Assembly (NCBI GenBank): GCA_965658655.1
Contig: CBFHTA010000001.1
Coordinates: 392,722 to 456,721 of the forward strand
DNA length: 64,000 bases
DNA from: Candidatus Babelota bacterium
GTDB taxonomy: Bacteria > Babelota > Babeliae > Babelales > CAIQNR01
Reading direction: 5' to 3'
In this document: one piece after another, positions 1 to 8,593 of the stretch
Layout of the letters: each line of letters starts with the position of its first letter
Position numbering within the stretch: the stretch's first letter is position 1
Notes under the pieces: generated by a model
The model's database searches: none
Seen by the model: only the letters and a program-made list of their open reading frames with translations
What the model was told of the DNA's origin: nothing
Made by a program: the position numbers and the translations under genes

Positions 1-364
1 TAGGATCGCTAATAAACTGTGTTGCAGGGCAAACCACTACTTGTGCACCATAAGCTTTGAGTGTTTGATACTTTTCTCGGCTAATTTTTTCTGAGACAGT
101 AATGATCACTTTGTAGCCTTTAAGGACTCCAATCATTGCAAGAGCAATTCCTTGGTTTCCAGAAGATGCATCAATAATGGTTCCACCTGGAGCAAGTAGT
201 TTTGCTTGTTCTGCTTTTTCGATCATGTAAAGAGCAGATCTGTCTTTGACGCTACCTCCAGGATTAAGATATTCAAGCTTTGCTAAAATAGTAGCAGGAG
301 AATTTAGGGGAAGTTTTATTAATGGAGTATTACCGATTGATTCTAATATTGTATTGTAGCGCAT
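1..364 (-). CDS. PLP-dependent cysteine synthase / cystathionine beta-synthase family protein (5' part; runs off window start)
   Basis: Hand translation from ATG at 364: MRYNTILESIGNTPLIKL...AKLEYLNPGGSVKDRSA...IIDASSGNQGIALA; PLP-lysine motif NPGGSVKDR and SSGN loop. Not in ORF track. Confidence 0.9.
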   Translation of the reverse strand, partial: MRYNTILESIGNTPLIKLPLNSPATILAKLEYLNPGGSVKDRSALYMIEKAEQAKLLAPGGTIIDASSGNQGIALAMIGVLKGYKVIITVSEKISREKYQTLKAYGAQVVVCPATQFISDP

Positions 365-418
365 AACGATCTCTTTTTTATTCAAGTCTTAAAGATTATA
401 AAGAACTAGCATAAACGA

Positions 419-1537
419 TTAGAGTGATCGGTACAATGCTAGATGCTCTTCCACCATTGCGCTTGTTGTAAACTCAGAAAGATCTTCTTTGTGCGAACTT
501 AATTTTTCGTATAAATGTTTATCATTAGCGAGTGAAAGCATACCCTTTCCTAAAGATCCTTTATCTTTAGGTTTGTATAGTAAGCCATTTTCTCCATGAT
601 TGATCACATCGCTAATACCGCCTACATTATAGGCAATAACGGGCAACTTTAGAAAGCGTGCTTCTACAATGGCACAAGGGAGCCCCTCCCATAAAGATGA
701 CAATAGAAATGCATGCCATGAACGCATAAAAGAATCTACGTCCTTTTGCCATCCATGTAGCGTAATAACATGTTCTAATTTATGCTGTTTTATCCATTGT
801 TCTATTTGTGGTCTTAGGAATCCATCACCAATAATTTCGAGCCTTGTGCGTGGATTATGTATATGTGTATAAGAAAAAGCATGCAAAAGATCAAAAAGAT
901 TTTTCTGTTTTTTAAAACAAGAAACGGTTCCAAAAACAAAGGATCGAGTTTCTGGAGGTGTCTTTATTGCCGGTACAAATTGAATATTATTAATTGCTGC
1001 TCGAATAATAGAATGTTTATAGATAAAGTTAGGTATCGACATAATGCCTGTTTCAACATCTTTAGTAGAAACGCAAACATAATGTGTAGTGATAAAACTT
1101 GTTAGTACTTCAAGAAGATAACTGATGAAATAAGCCGGCAATGATTGATGTTCATGAAAACCAAACCCATGAACAGTGTGAATACGGTACCTTGCTCCGG
1201 CAAACCACGCTGCCCATCGCCCCAAATAGCCTGCTTTGGTGCTATGAGTATGGACAATTAAATCTTTATTTTCTGCTTTCTGTTTTTTGATGTTGCGAAC
1301 TAAATCTATAAATGCTTTTAATTCATAAAACCCAATTTCTCTTTTAAGAGAGTCTAATAGAATAACATTTGATTTTGATTTGGTTTCGGAGACTAATTGT
1401 CCTTCTGATCCAGATATAAGCCAAGATTGATGTTGTTTTTGTAGTGCATTAAAAAGGGCAAGGCAAACTTTTTGAGCACCTCCTAATTCTAATTTAGTAA
1501 CAATATAAATAACATGGATCCCCTTTTTTTTTCCCAT
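419..1537 (-). CDS. Glycosyltransferase family 4 (GT-B)
   Basis: GGAQK, HTHSTKAG, HTVHGFGF, SSLWEGLPCAIVEA (EX7E) motifs. Confidence 0.9.
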   Translation of the reverse strand: MGKKKGIHVIYIVTKLELGGAQKVCLALFNALQKQHQSWLISGSEGQLVSETKSKSNVILLDSLKREIGFYELKAFIDLVRNIKKQKAENKDLIVHTHSTKAGYLGRWAAWFAGARYRIHTVHGFGFHEHQSLPAYFISYLLEVLTSFITTHYVCVSTKDVETGIMSIPNFIYKHSIIRAAINNIQFVPAIKTPPETRSFVFGTVSCFKKQKNLFDLLHAFSYTHIHNPRTRLEIIGDGFLRPQIEQWIKQHKLEHVITLHGWQKDVDSFMRSWHAFLLSSLWEGLPCAIVEARFLKLPVIAYNVGGISDVINHGENGLLYKPKDKGSLGKGMLSLANDKHLYEKLSSHKEDLSEFTTSAMVEEHLALYRSL

Positions 1538-1548
1538 TACTATCCTTT

Positions 1549-2508
1549 TTATTGAAGAAGGAGTACAAACAAAGCGATTAAGAAAGCATAAATTGAACAG
1601 GTTTCAATTAATACTTGCGCAGTAAGACTGGTACGAGAGAGTTGAGAATAATTTTCGGGATGAAGAGCAAGATACTGACAAGCTTTTGTTGCTGTGTTCC
1701 CAGAACCAATACCAACACCTAAAGTTCCAAGGCCCATTACAATCGCTGCTGCAACATAGGGTAGACCACCTGTTGCAAGAGACATCGCAGATGATTTTGT
1801 TCCTAGTAGAGCAAAAGCCATGACCAGAGAAAAAATAATTGGAGATTCAATGAGTGCTTCACTAATAAGTGTGAAAGAAAGTATTTCTGTGTAAGCAGCA
1901 CGATTAACACCTAAACTTTCACATGCTTGGCGTGCAAAGCGAGCTAGCCCCATAGTTGGGCCTATGCTCCCTAGGCCAATACATAGTCCGGCGCTGATTA
2001 ATCGTACACTTTCGGCTAAAGAAGTAATATTGGGAATCTGTTCTTTAATAAAGAAAGAAATAACAAAAGCAAAAAGAAGCGGTGTTTGCATTAATGATTG
2101 TGTAAGTAACATAATCATTTGAATTTTTTGGGTAAAAAATGGTTGTCGAGCTACAGCTAAGCATGCAGACTGCGCTGGAAGCGATGCCGCAACACCAAGA
2201 ACAGCTCCTGTTATACAAATAGCTAGACCAATGCCTGTAACACCATAATGCATTAATGGTGCATGAGGAGACGTAAGAATAGGTTTAAGTAACATAAAGG
2301 CTATAGTAAGCCCGATGATAGCTGAAGTTTCTATGAGTGCCATGCTAAGCATGAGAGTTCGTGTAATTTCTGCGCGTGCACTTGGCTGAATAGTAAGGGC
2401 TTTCATAGCTGCTAAACTCGCTAAACCTTCTCCAATTCCCACAGCTACGGAATTACATCCAACAGCAAGACCTACAGTAAGATAATGAAATAAAGTGGTA
2501 TCAAACAT
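1549..2508 (-). CDS. atpE: F0 ATP synthase subunit c, four fused hairpin units
   Basis: Four ~80-aa repeats, each with a Gly-rich helix, a loop (IQP/RQP/VNR/LHP) and an ion-site residue at E60, Q141, E221, E302; directly downstream of atpB. Confidence 0.9.
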   Translation of the reverse strand: MFDTTLFHYLTVGLAVGCNSVAVGIGEGLASLAAMKALTIQPSARAEITRTLMLSMALIETSAIIGLTIAFMLLKPILTSPHAPLMHYGVTGIGLAICITGAVLGVAASLPAQSACLAVARQPFFTQKIQMIMLLTQSLMQTPLLFAFVISFFIKEQIPNITSLAESVRLISAGLCIGLGSIGPTMGLARFARQACESLGVNRAAYTEILSFTLISEALIESPIIFSLVMAFALLGTKSSAMSLATGGLPYVAAAIVMGLGTLGVGIGSGNTATKACQYLALHPENYSQLSRTSLTAQVLIETCSIYAFLIALFVLLLQ

Positions 2509-2510
2509 AA

Positions 2511-3251
2511 TTAAGGGCCTTCTTGATGCTCACCCTGAATGCCAAGTGAGAGATAGGTTAACGAAAGCATAGCAAAAACAAACGCTTGTATACTTCCCCC
2601 GAAAAGGGTGAAGAAAAATGCTATCAATATATTAAATCCAAAAAAGTTTATAACGGTGGCAATCCAATGAGAACCAATACTGCTCATATAAATATTATTA
2701 ATAACAGAACCACCAAGTAGGTTTCCAAATAAACGGAATGAGATAGAAATAATAGAAGCAAGTTTACCAACAACGTTTAATGGGAACATAACAAAAAATG
2801 GTTGAAAGAATTCTTTGCTATATTCTCTAAAGCCTTGGGCTTTAATTGCATAGTAATTGGCATAGAGAAACGACAATGTTCCTAGAGCCAAGGTAGTGCT
2901 TAAGTCTGCAGTTGGTTCTTCTAACTCAGGAATGAGACTTATCACATTGCAGATTAGAATGAAAATAAAGAGGGCAAACATAAAGCTGAAGTGGTGAAAG
3001 TTAAAAGATCCGAGTGTTTGCGTGCATAAATCCATAAAACCTTCGGTAGCCGTTATAAGAACATAGCGGGTTCGAGATTGTTTATCTTTAAAAAAGAATC
3101 GCCCTAAGACGATCAATAAAACAATAACAAATAAAACAGCCCATGTGGCTATTATTGTTGACAAGGTAAAGTTGAAAAAAGAGTGTTTGTAACCATAATG
3201 TTTGAATGGATTCCAGAACTCTTTTGGACTTAAGAGATTAAAATCACTCAT
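2511..3251 (-). CDS. atpB: F0 ATP synthase subunit a
   Basis: PTADLSTTLAL, SISFRLFGNL (stator Arg), IQAFVFAMLSLTY. Confidence 0.95.
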   Translation of the reverse strand: MSDFNLLSPKEFWNPFKHYGYKHSFFNFTLSTIIATWAVLFVIVLLIVLGRFFFKDKQSRTRYVLITATEGFMDLCTQTLGSFNFHHFSFMFALFIFILICNVISLIPELEEPTADLSTTLALGTLSFLYANYYAIKAQGFREYSKEFFQPFFVMFPLNVVGKLASIISISFRLFGNLLGGSVINNIYMSSIGSHWIATVINFFGFNILIAFFFTLFGGSIQAFVFAMLSLTYLSLGIQGEHQEGP

Positions 3252-3507
3252 GTTGCACCTTCTTTTTTATGACGGCGACCCAAAAACTCGCTAAAAAAGA
3301 TATCAATACCAGTATAATGTCGAGTGAAGTTCTACGCAATATATAGTTCCATAGAAGTGCTACAGAAACAATACGCAGAAGTGCTGTAAAAAAAGAAGAT
3401 ACAAAATTACCTTGAGAGAATGAAAATTTATTGGTGAACAAAAAACTATAAATAATACCTGTGATAGAACCTAATGCTAACGATCCTAAGATGTGGGTAA
3501 CAGTCAT
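3244..3507 (-). CDS. Small membrane protein, probable ATP synthase protein I
   Basis: 87-aa hydrophobic protein overlapping the atpB start, at the usual atpI position. Confidence 0.6.
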   Translation of the reverse strand: MTVTHILGSLALGSITGIIYSFLFTNKFSFSQGNFVSSFFTALLRIVSVALLWNYILRRTSLDIILVLISFLASFWVAVIKKKVQHE

Positions 3508-3509
3508 AA

Positions 3510-4931
3510 TTATAGTTTCTTAATGCCCTTATAGTTCCAATATTCAGCAAGGAAGTGTTCTGAACCAGCAATTGCAACCAAACCATGACGATCGTTAACG
3601 GTTTTCTTTGCAGCATCAAAAGCTTCTTTAAAGGTACGTACAGCGCGAGCTTTAATCTTAAGCGCTTTCATATCTTGAGTAACTTTTTCTGCGTCCCAAG
3701 ATGTGGTTTTTTGGTCGGCTCGTTCTGGTACACCACAAATAAAGATATTACCAGATGTTTTCTTAAAGAAGTAACGGATAGCACGTAAGAATTCTTGGTA
3801 ATCAAGTTTTTCTTGTGGGCACCCTACAATAAGAGTTAAACCCTTAAGAGAACGGTTATAATGTAACAATCTAATACCAAGTAAAAAGTTATTAAAGGCA
3901 TCAATGTTATTTGCATTATCAAGCAATACTGTTGGCTTTTCTTTATCTAAGATCTGGAAACGACCAGCAAGTGTGCTCGCTGTTTCTTTCCAAAAGTGTT
4001 CAATAGTTCTTTTTGGATTAATTTGTGATTGACGCTTTGCTTCTAGAGTTGGGCGACCTCGTTGTCCTTTAACACGCGCAAGCAAGCTATCTTTAGCCAA
4101 AGAAGGATGCTTTGATGCAAAAGAATTAACAAATACAGAGGCAATTCTTTCTGCCAATGCCGCACAACGCCCGTGTAGTTGTTCAAACGGATACGCAAGA
4201 GCAATAAGTTTTCTGATAGGCATTGCCCATTCAGCACCTACTTCTGCAGCATGCTGACTCATGCTTTTTAAGTTTGCTTTATTTTGATCAGCAGACAATA
4301 AATGAGTACCTTTGGTGACTGCGCCTAAATATTCTTTAATAACATCTTCAGAAGCTTGTCCTTCTGCATTAACATCGGTGCTTGTCAATCGTGTAATCGC
4401 TATAATTTTTGAATTACTAATAACGGTTGGGTGAGATGCCCCACCTTGTTCAGCTTCTAATAATGCTATATCAACCTTGTTTTGCTCAAAATAGTTGAAA
4501 GCAATCTGAGTAAGAAGCTCAGAAGTATTGGCTTTAAGACCGAGAGTTTCGGCAGTGTTAATAACATCGTTAGCCAATTCAGTAAAAATTTTGTTTGAGA
4601 CTGTTTCTTCATCAAGAGAGAAACGTTCGTTATAATTAAGGATGTGAGGCGCAACAAAACTACCAACAGTAAAACCTTCAGCGCGTAAGAGCTTAGTTGC
4701 AAAATGAGCAGTCAAACTTTTCCCGTTTGTTCCACCAATTAAAACAGTTTCCACTTTTTGTGAAGGAGAACCAAATGCTTTATCAAGCTGACGAGCTCTT
4801 TCTACATTTTTTCCGTCACAACCAATGGTCCAGTGTCTATTAAGGAAGTCTGTAACTTCTGCGTAACTACGTTGTTTTCCTAGGTTAACCGCACTTTTAG
4901 GTGAAGTTGATGTTTGTTTTACTGTGCTCAT
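3510..4931 (-). CDS. FolC/Mur-ligase-like protein (divergent folylpolyglutamate synthase homolog)
   Basis: GGTNGKS P-loop, APHILNYNERF, GRFQI..VLLDNANN; other FolC motifs degenerate. Confidence 0.75.
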   Translation of the reverse strand: MSTVKQTSTSPKSAVNLGKQRSYAEVTDFLNRHWTIGCDGKNVERARQLDKAFGSPSQKVETVLIGGTNGKSLTAHFATKLLRAEGFTVGSFVAPHILNYNERFSLDEETVSNKIFTELANDVINTAETLGLKANTSELLTQIAFNYFEQNKVDIALLEAEQGGASHPTVISNSKIIAITRLTSTDVNAEGQASEDVIKEYLGAVTKGTHLLSADQNKANLKSMSQHAAEVGAEWAMPIRKLIALAYPFEQLHGRCAALAERIASVFVNSFASKHPSLAKDSLLARVKGQRGRPTLEAKRQSQINPKRTIEHFWKETASTLAGRFQILDKEKPTVLLDNANNIDAFNNFLLGIRLLHYNRSLKGLTLIVGCPQEKLDYQEFLRAIRYFFKKTSGNIFICGVPERADQKTTSWDAEKVTQDMKALKIKARAVRTFKEAFDAAKKTVNDRHGLVAIAGSEHFLAEYWNYKGIKKL

Positions 4932-5119
4932 CGTATTTCCTCATTTTTAGTAACATCCATTTTTCTGTTTCACTACTATTCTAGCTTATAATCACCTTTT
5001 AAAGCTTTGATTTTAAGCTACAGATGACTGTTAAATAAGTTTACGTTATAATAAAGTAATGTCAATCTGGTAATATTTAGTAGGTAGAAAAATGATATTT
5101 ATTTACAAAAGTTCAAAAA

Positions 5120-5749
5120 ATGACAAGTAAAACTTTAAGTTGGGAAGATAATCTTTCTATACGAAAATTAATAAGCTTATTAAGGGATGGAAAAGTAATA
5201 GTTGGGCCCTCTGACACGGTTTTGGGATTTTATGCTTTGCCAACAAACGAAGGGTTTTTAAGCTTAAATAAAATCAAAAAAAGATCTAAAAAACCATATC
5301 TTTTGTTGATTTCTGGTTCATCTGAATTGTCTGAGTACGTTGAGCCGGACTCATTGTTACAATCTGAAAAGATTATGGCCAATTTTTGGCCCGGTCCGCT
5401 TACTATTATTTTTAAGGCTAAATCAGAGGTTCCAGCTTATATGACGTCTGATGAAGGAACAATTGCTGTTCGTGTACCTAATGATAAAAAGGTTTTAAGT
5501 TTATTGAGCCAAACAGGCCCTTTATTTTCAACTAGCGCCAATTTATCTGGTGAGCCTATTCCTGCAACTCTAGAAGATGTTGACCCGCGTATTGTAGAGC
5601 AGGTAGCAGCCTTATTGGAGGGAGAGACAAAGAAGGGGGCAGTTCCATCAACTATTTTAGATGTTACTGGCTCTACGCCTTTCATTATTCGTGAAGGTGC
5701 TTATTCAAAAGAAGATTTGCAAGATTATTTAGAAAATAAAGAATTATAA
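5120..5749 (+). CDS. tsaC: L-threonylcarbamoyladenylate synthase (YrdC/Sua5)
   Basis: PSDTVLG, KKRSKKP, FWPGPLTII, AVRVP, STSANLSG, PSTILD, IREGA. Confidence 0.93.
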   Translation: MTSKTLSWEDNLSIRKLISLLRDGKVIVGPSDTVLGFYALPTNEGFLSLNKIKKRSKKPYLLLISGSSELSEYVEPDSLLQSEKIMANFWPGPLTIIFKAKSEVPAYMTSDEGTIAVRVPNDKKVLSLLSQTGPLFSTSANLSGEPIPATLEDVDPRIVEQVAALLEGETKKGAVPSTILDVTGSTPFIIREGAYSKEDLQDYLENKEL

Positions 5750-5766
5750 ATTTAACTTATCAAGCT

Positions 5767-6417
5767 CTAGGAGATAAGGAGGAAGTTGTGAATATGCTGG
5801 GCGAAAATAACATAAATCATAGCACCGATAGCTAAGAAAGTACCGAGGGGAAGTTGTAGATATCTTAAGCCAGAAAAGCGATCTTTAATATTCCAGAGTA
5901 ATCCGAAGAGTGATCCTATAATAGAACCAATGAAAAGAGTAAACCAGCATCCTTGCCATCCGGTGAAGGCACCAATCATAGAAAGAAGGTCAATATCTCC
6001 TTGTCCGAGAGCTTCTTGCTGATAATATTTTTTAGCTAAGTGAGCGATTATCTTTAAAAGGGTGTAACCAAAAAAAGCTCCAAAAATACTGTCGTTTAAA
6101 GAAATTGGAAGTAACCGCATAATGCTTAAAGCAAAGGCTGCAGGGATAGCATAAAGCGTAACATTACGAGAAATAAGCATAACCCAAGCATCAGTAAAAA
6201 GTGTTACACCAAGAAAGAAAAAAAAGATTGTGTATCCAATAGGATACTGTGAAATAAGAGCTTGGCTCGTACTATACCCAAAAATACCTGCCAGAGTGCA
6301 ATCTAGAAGAAAATTTTTTGAAGTTCCAGAGAGATGCTCTTCTACTAATTTTTGAGCATATTCTCTGACTCCTACCAAAAAAATTGCGCAAGCTGGCCCA
6401 ATAAAAAAGGGGTTCAT
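5767..6417 (-). CDS. Prepilin peptidase (peptidase A24)
   Basis: Multi-TM; FTD and LGQGDIDL catalytic Asp motifs; LPLGTFLAIG; lacks the N-terminal Cys cluster. Confidence 0.85.
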   Translation of the reverse strand: MNPFFIGPACAIFLVGVREYAQKLVEEHLSGTSKNFLLDCTLAGIFGYSTSQALISQYPIGYTIFFFFLGVTLFTDAWVMLISRNVTLYAIPAAFALSIMRLLPISLNDSIFGAFFGYTLLKIIAHLAKKYYQQEALGQGDIDLLSMIGAFTGWQGCWFTLFIGSIIGSLFGLLWNIKDRFSGLRYLQLPLGTFLAIGAMIYVIFAQHIHNFLLIS

Positions 6418-6779
6418 AGCTCGCCTTTATCCTTGAGGTTACAGAGTAGCTGCTCTACGCGATTTGATTTGTCTTTAGTTCCGTCAAATTTAAAAACAAT
6501 GTCAGGAGTATAGCGGCTTGCAATTGATTTAGAAATTGCAGCCCTAAGTGAGGGTTTATAAAGTTTGAGAGTAGGAAAAAGCTCGTCGAATACTTCTTTG
6601 CCTTCTGGAGCATAAAAGTACACATTACATTTGCTTTTGTCGGGTGACAATCTAACTTGTGTAATGACAAGACGAGACAATTCTTTATTGTCTAATGTTG
6701 CTTCTAAGAACAAACTACAAATAGTTCTAAAAAGTAATTGAGCTTTTTGGGCTCGTTTAACATCAGATATTTTAGACAT
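6414..6779 (-). CDS. rbfA: Ribosome-binding factor A
   Basis: ITQVRLSPDKS..VY and RYTPDIVFKFD. Confidence 0.9.
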   Translation of the reverse strand: MSKISDVKRAQKAQLLFRTICSLFLEATLDNKELSRLVITQVRLSPDKSKCNVYFYAPEGKEVFDELFPTLKLYKPSLRAAISKSIASRYTPDIVFKFDGTKDKSNRVEQLLCNLKDKGEL

Positions 6780-6785
6780 AAACTC

Positions 6786-7001
6786 TTACTTAATTAAACG
6801 TTGAGAGATCATGCGCATAAAGTTTTGCTTAATAGCACGCATTAAACGCTTACGACGCTTTTGTGTAGGAGGTTCAAAATACACACCACGTTTCATGTCT
6901 CTTACCACACCTTCACGCTCAATTTTCTTTTTAAGCTGGCGCAGTGAACGTTCTACATTACTTGTGACTTGGATTTCGATATTAGATTTTTTCTTGGACA
7001 T
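6786..7001 (-). CDS. rpsU: 30S ribosomal protein S21
   Basis: VERSLRQLKKKIEREGVVRDMKR..YFEPPTQKRR. Confidence 0.92.
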   Translation of the reverse strand: MSKKKSNIEIQVTSNVERSLRQLKKKIEREGVVRDMKRGVYFEPPTQKRRKRLMRAIKQNFMRMISQRLIK

Positions 7002-7114
7002 TCGTTTCTCAACTTCCTTTCAGCTGAAGAATTGGGAATTTTTAAGAAATTAAACTTTCTCCAATCATAGCTGTTTTAAGCTGATGTGTCTAGTCAAAAG
7101 AACCTTCAGCTTAT

Positions 7115-8518
7115 TTAAAAGGTTAAAATGGCAGAAAGTGCAAGGGTTGTTGCCTTATAAGCACCGCGTTGAGCTATAGGGGCTTGCCAAAGGAACCCAA
7201 AGGTCATATTGGGTGAAAGGTCATAATTGAACCCGATTCGAGCATTCTGGATTTTTGACTTTGATATATCTTGGAGTTTTCTTGGAATAAACGAATTGGT
7301 TGGGCTTGGGGGAGTTGGTATGGTTACTGTGTCTTGCAGGTGTTGAACATATGAATAGAGTGCATATAGAGAAAGTTTATCTAAAAAGTGCCGTGCGTTC
7401 ATACCAATACTGATATGCCATGTTTTGCCAGGTTCTATCTTGATTGTTGTTTTATAAGGGAAGAGGACCGATTGGAATTCACTTGTAGGGACTCGATCGA
7501 TGTATGTTCGGTTTGTGAAATGTGTTCCGCCGGCCTCAAACGATACTTCTACACTTTCATAGAAGTCAACGTTAAATCCTGACGCAACGTGAATAGCATT
7601 ATGTTTATTATTTCCAAAGGGCAATGAGAATAAAGTATCGGGATCTTTGGCTTTTCCGGTTCCAAAGGTTCCGGCAACTATAAAGTGAGGAGTAAATATA
7701 AATCGTGCCCAGTCTTTGGGGTCTTCGTCTTTATTAATTCTAAAATTATGGCGCCATGCAAGAGAAAGAGAAAAATCTTCTGCGCTAGTATCTGACCAGT
7801 CTTCACCGTTAACGCCCATTTGGGTAAAGAGTTGTGTGCGTTGGTCCATTAATCGAGTTTCTACAGTTGATTTGTCTATTTCAAAGTTGGCTGCATTTGC
7901 TCCAATATTATTATGAAAAACATCTGCGTAATTTGCATTATTACTTTTGTCTATGTAGAGCGTAAGTGTTTGTTTCATGTCTGCAACACCTCCTTGTACG
8001 CTTACTACAAAGTCGTCTAAAATTCTTACCGAAGCTTTAAATCGCCCACCCATTTTTCGATATTTAACGGGTAAAGAAAAGAATCCAAAGTTTTGATTAA
8101 GATCAGAGAAAGCATCATTAGCCAGCTGAGCTCCTTCAAGACCTGTAAGTTGAACATTGTCTTCAATGATTTGAGCGAGCATATCTGGTCGGTTTGATCC
8201 TGTTGGAACATCTCCGTACAAGAGCGGTACCATGCCTAATCGACCTCGTACATCACCAGCAACTACAGAAGCTTTATCTAAATTACGAGCTCTTGTTGCT
8301 TTCTGTCCTACAAAGGATGAAGAGAGTTGGATGCGTTCAAAAATACTTTTGATATCATCATGACCTTTTAACACTTCTTTGCTCTCATCGTTCATGTAAT
8401 CAAATGGATATTTGGTTGAGAACGGTGGGAACATATCGTTATAGTTCAGTGTGGTAAACGTATGGATTGAGAATATGCATGTAAGACCGACAAGTGCTAT
8501 ACTGAGCTTCATTTTCAT
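7115..8518 (-). CDS. Secreted protein, probable outer-membrane beta-barrel
   Basis: Signal peptide, alternating-residue beta strands in the C-terminal half, terminal Phe (LALSAILTF). Confidence 0.6.
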   Translation of the reverse strand: MKMKLSIALVGLTCIFSIHTFTTLNYNDMFPPFSTKYPFDYMNDESKEVLKGHDDIKSIFERIQLSSSFVGQKATRARNLDKASVVAGDVRGRLGMVPLLYGDVPTGSNRPDMLAQIIEDNVQLTGLEGAQLANDAFSDLNQNFGFFSLPVKYRKMGGRFKASVRILDDFVVSVQGGVADMKQTLTLYIDKSNNANYADVFHNNIGANAANFEIDKSTVETRLMDQRTQLFTQMGVNGEDWSDTSAEDFSLSLAWRHNFRINKDEDPKDWARFIFTPHFIVAGTFGTGKAKDPDTLFSLPFGNNKHNAIHVASGFNVDFYESVEVSFEAGGTHFTNRTYIDRVPTSEFQSVLFPYKTTIKIEPGKTWHISIGMNARHFLDKLSLYALYSYVQHLQDTVTIPTPPSPTNSFIPRKLQDISKSKIQNARIGFNYDLSPNMTFGFLWQAPIAQRGAYKATTLALSAILTF

Positions 8519-8593
8519 GGTTACTACCTTTCCTAATTTTATAGGAATTAGTTATAGCATCTTGTCGTAAGTGTCGTCAAATAACTCGTTATC

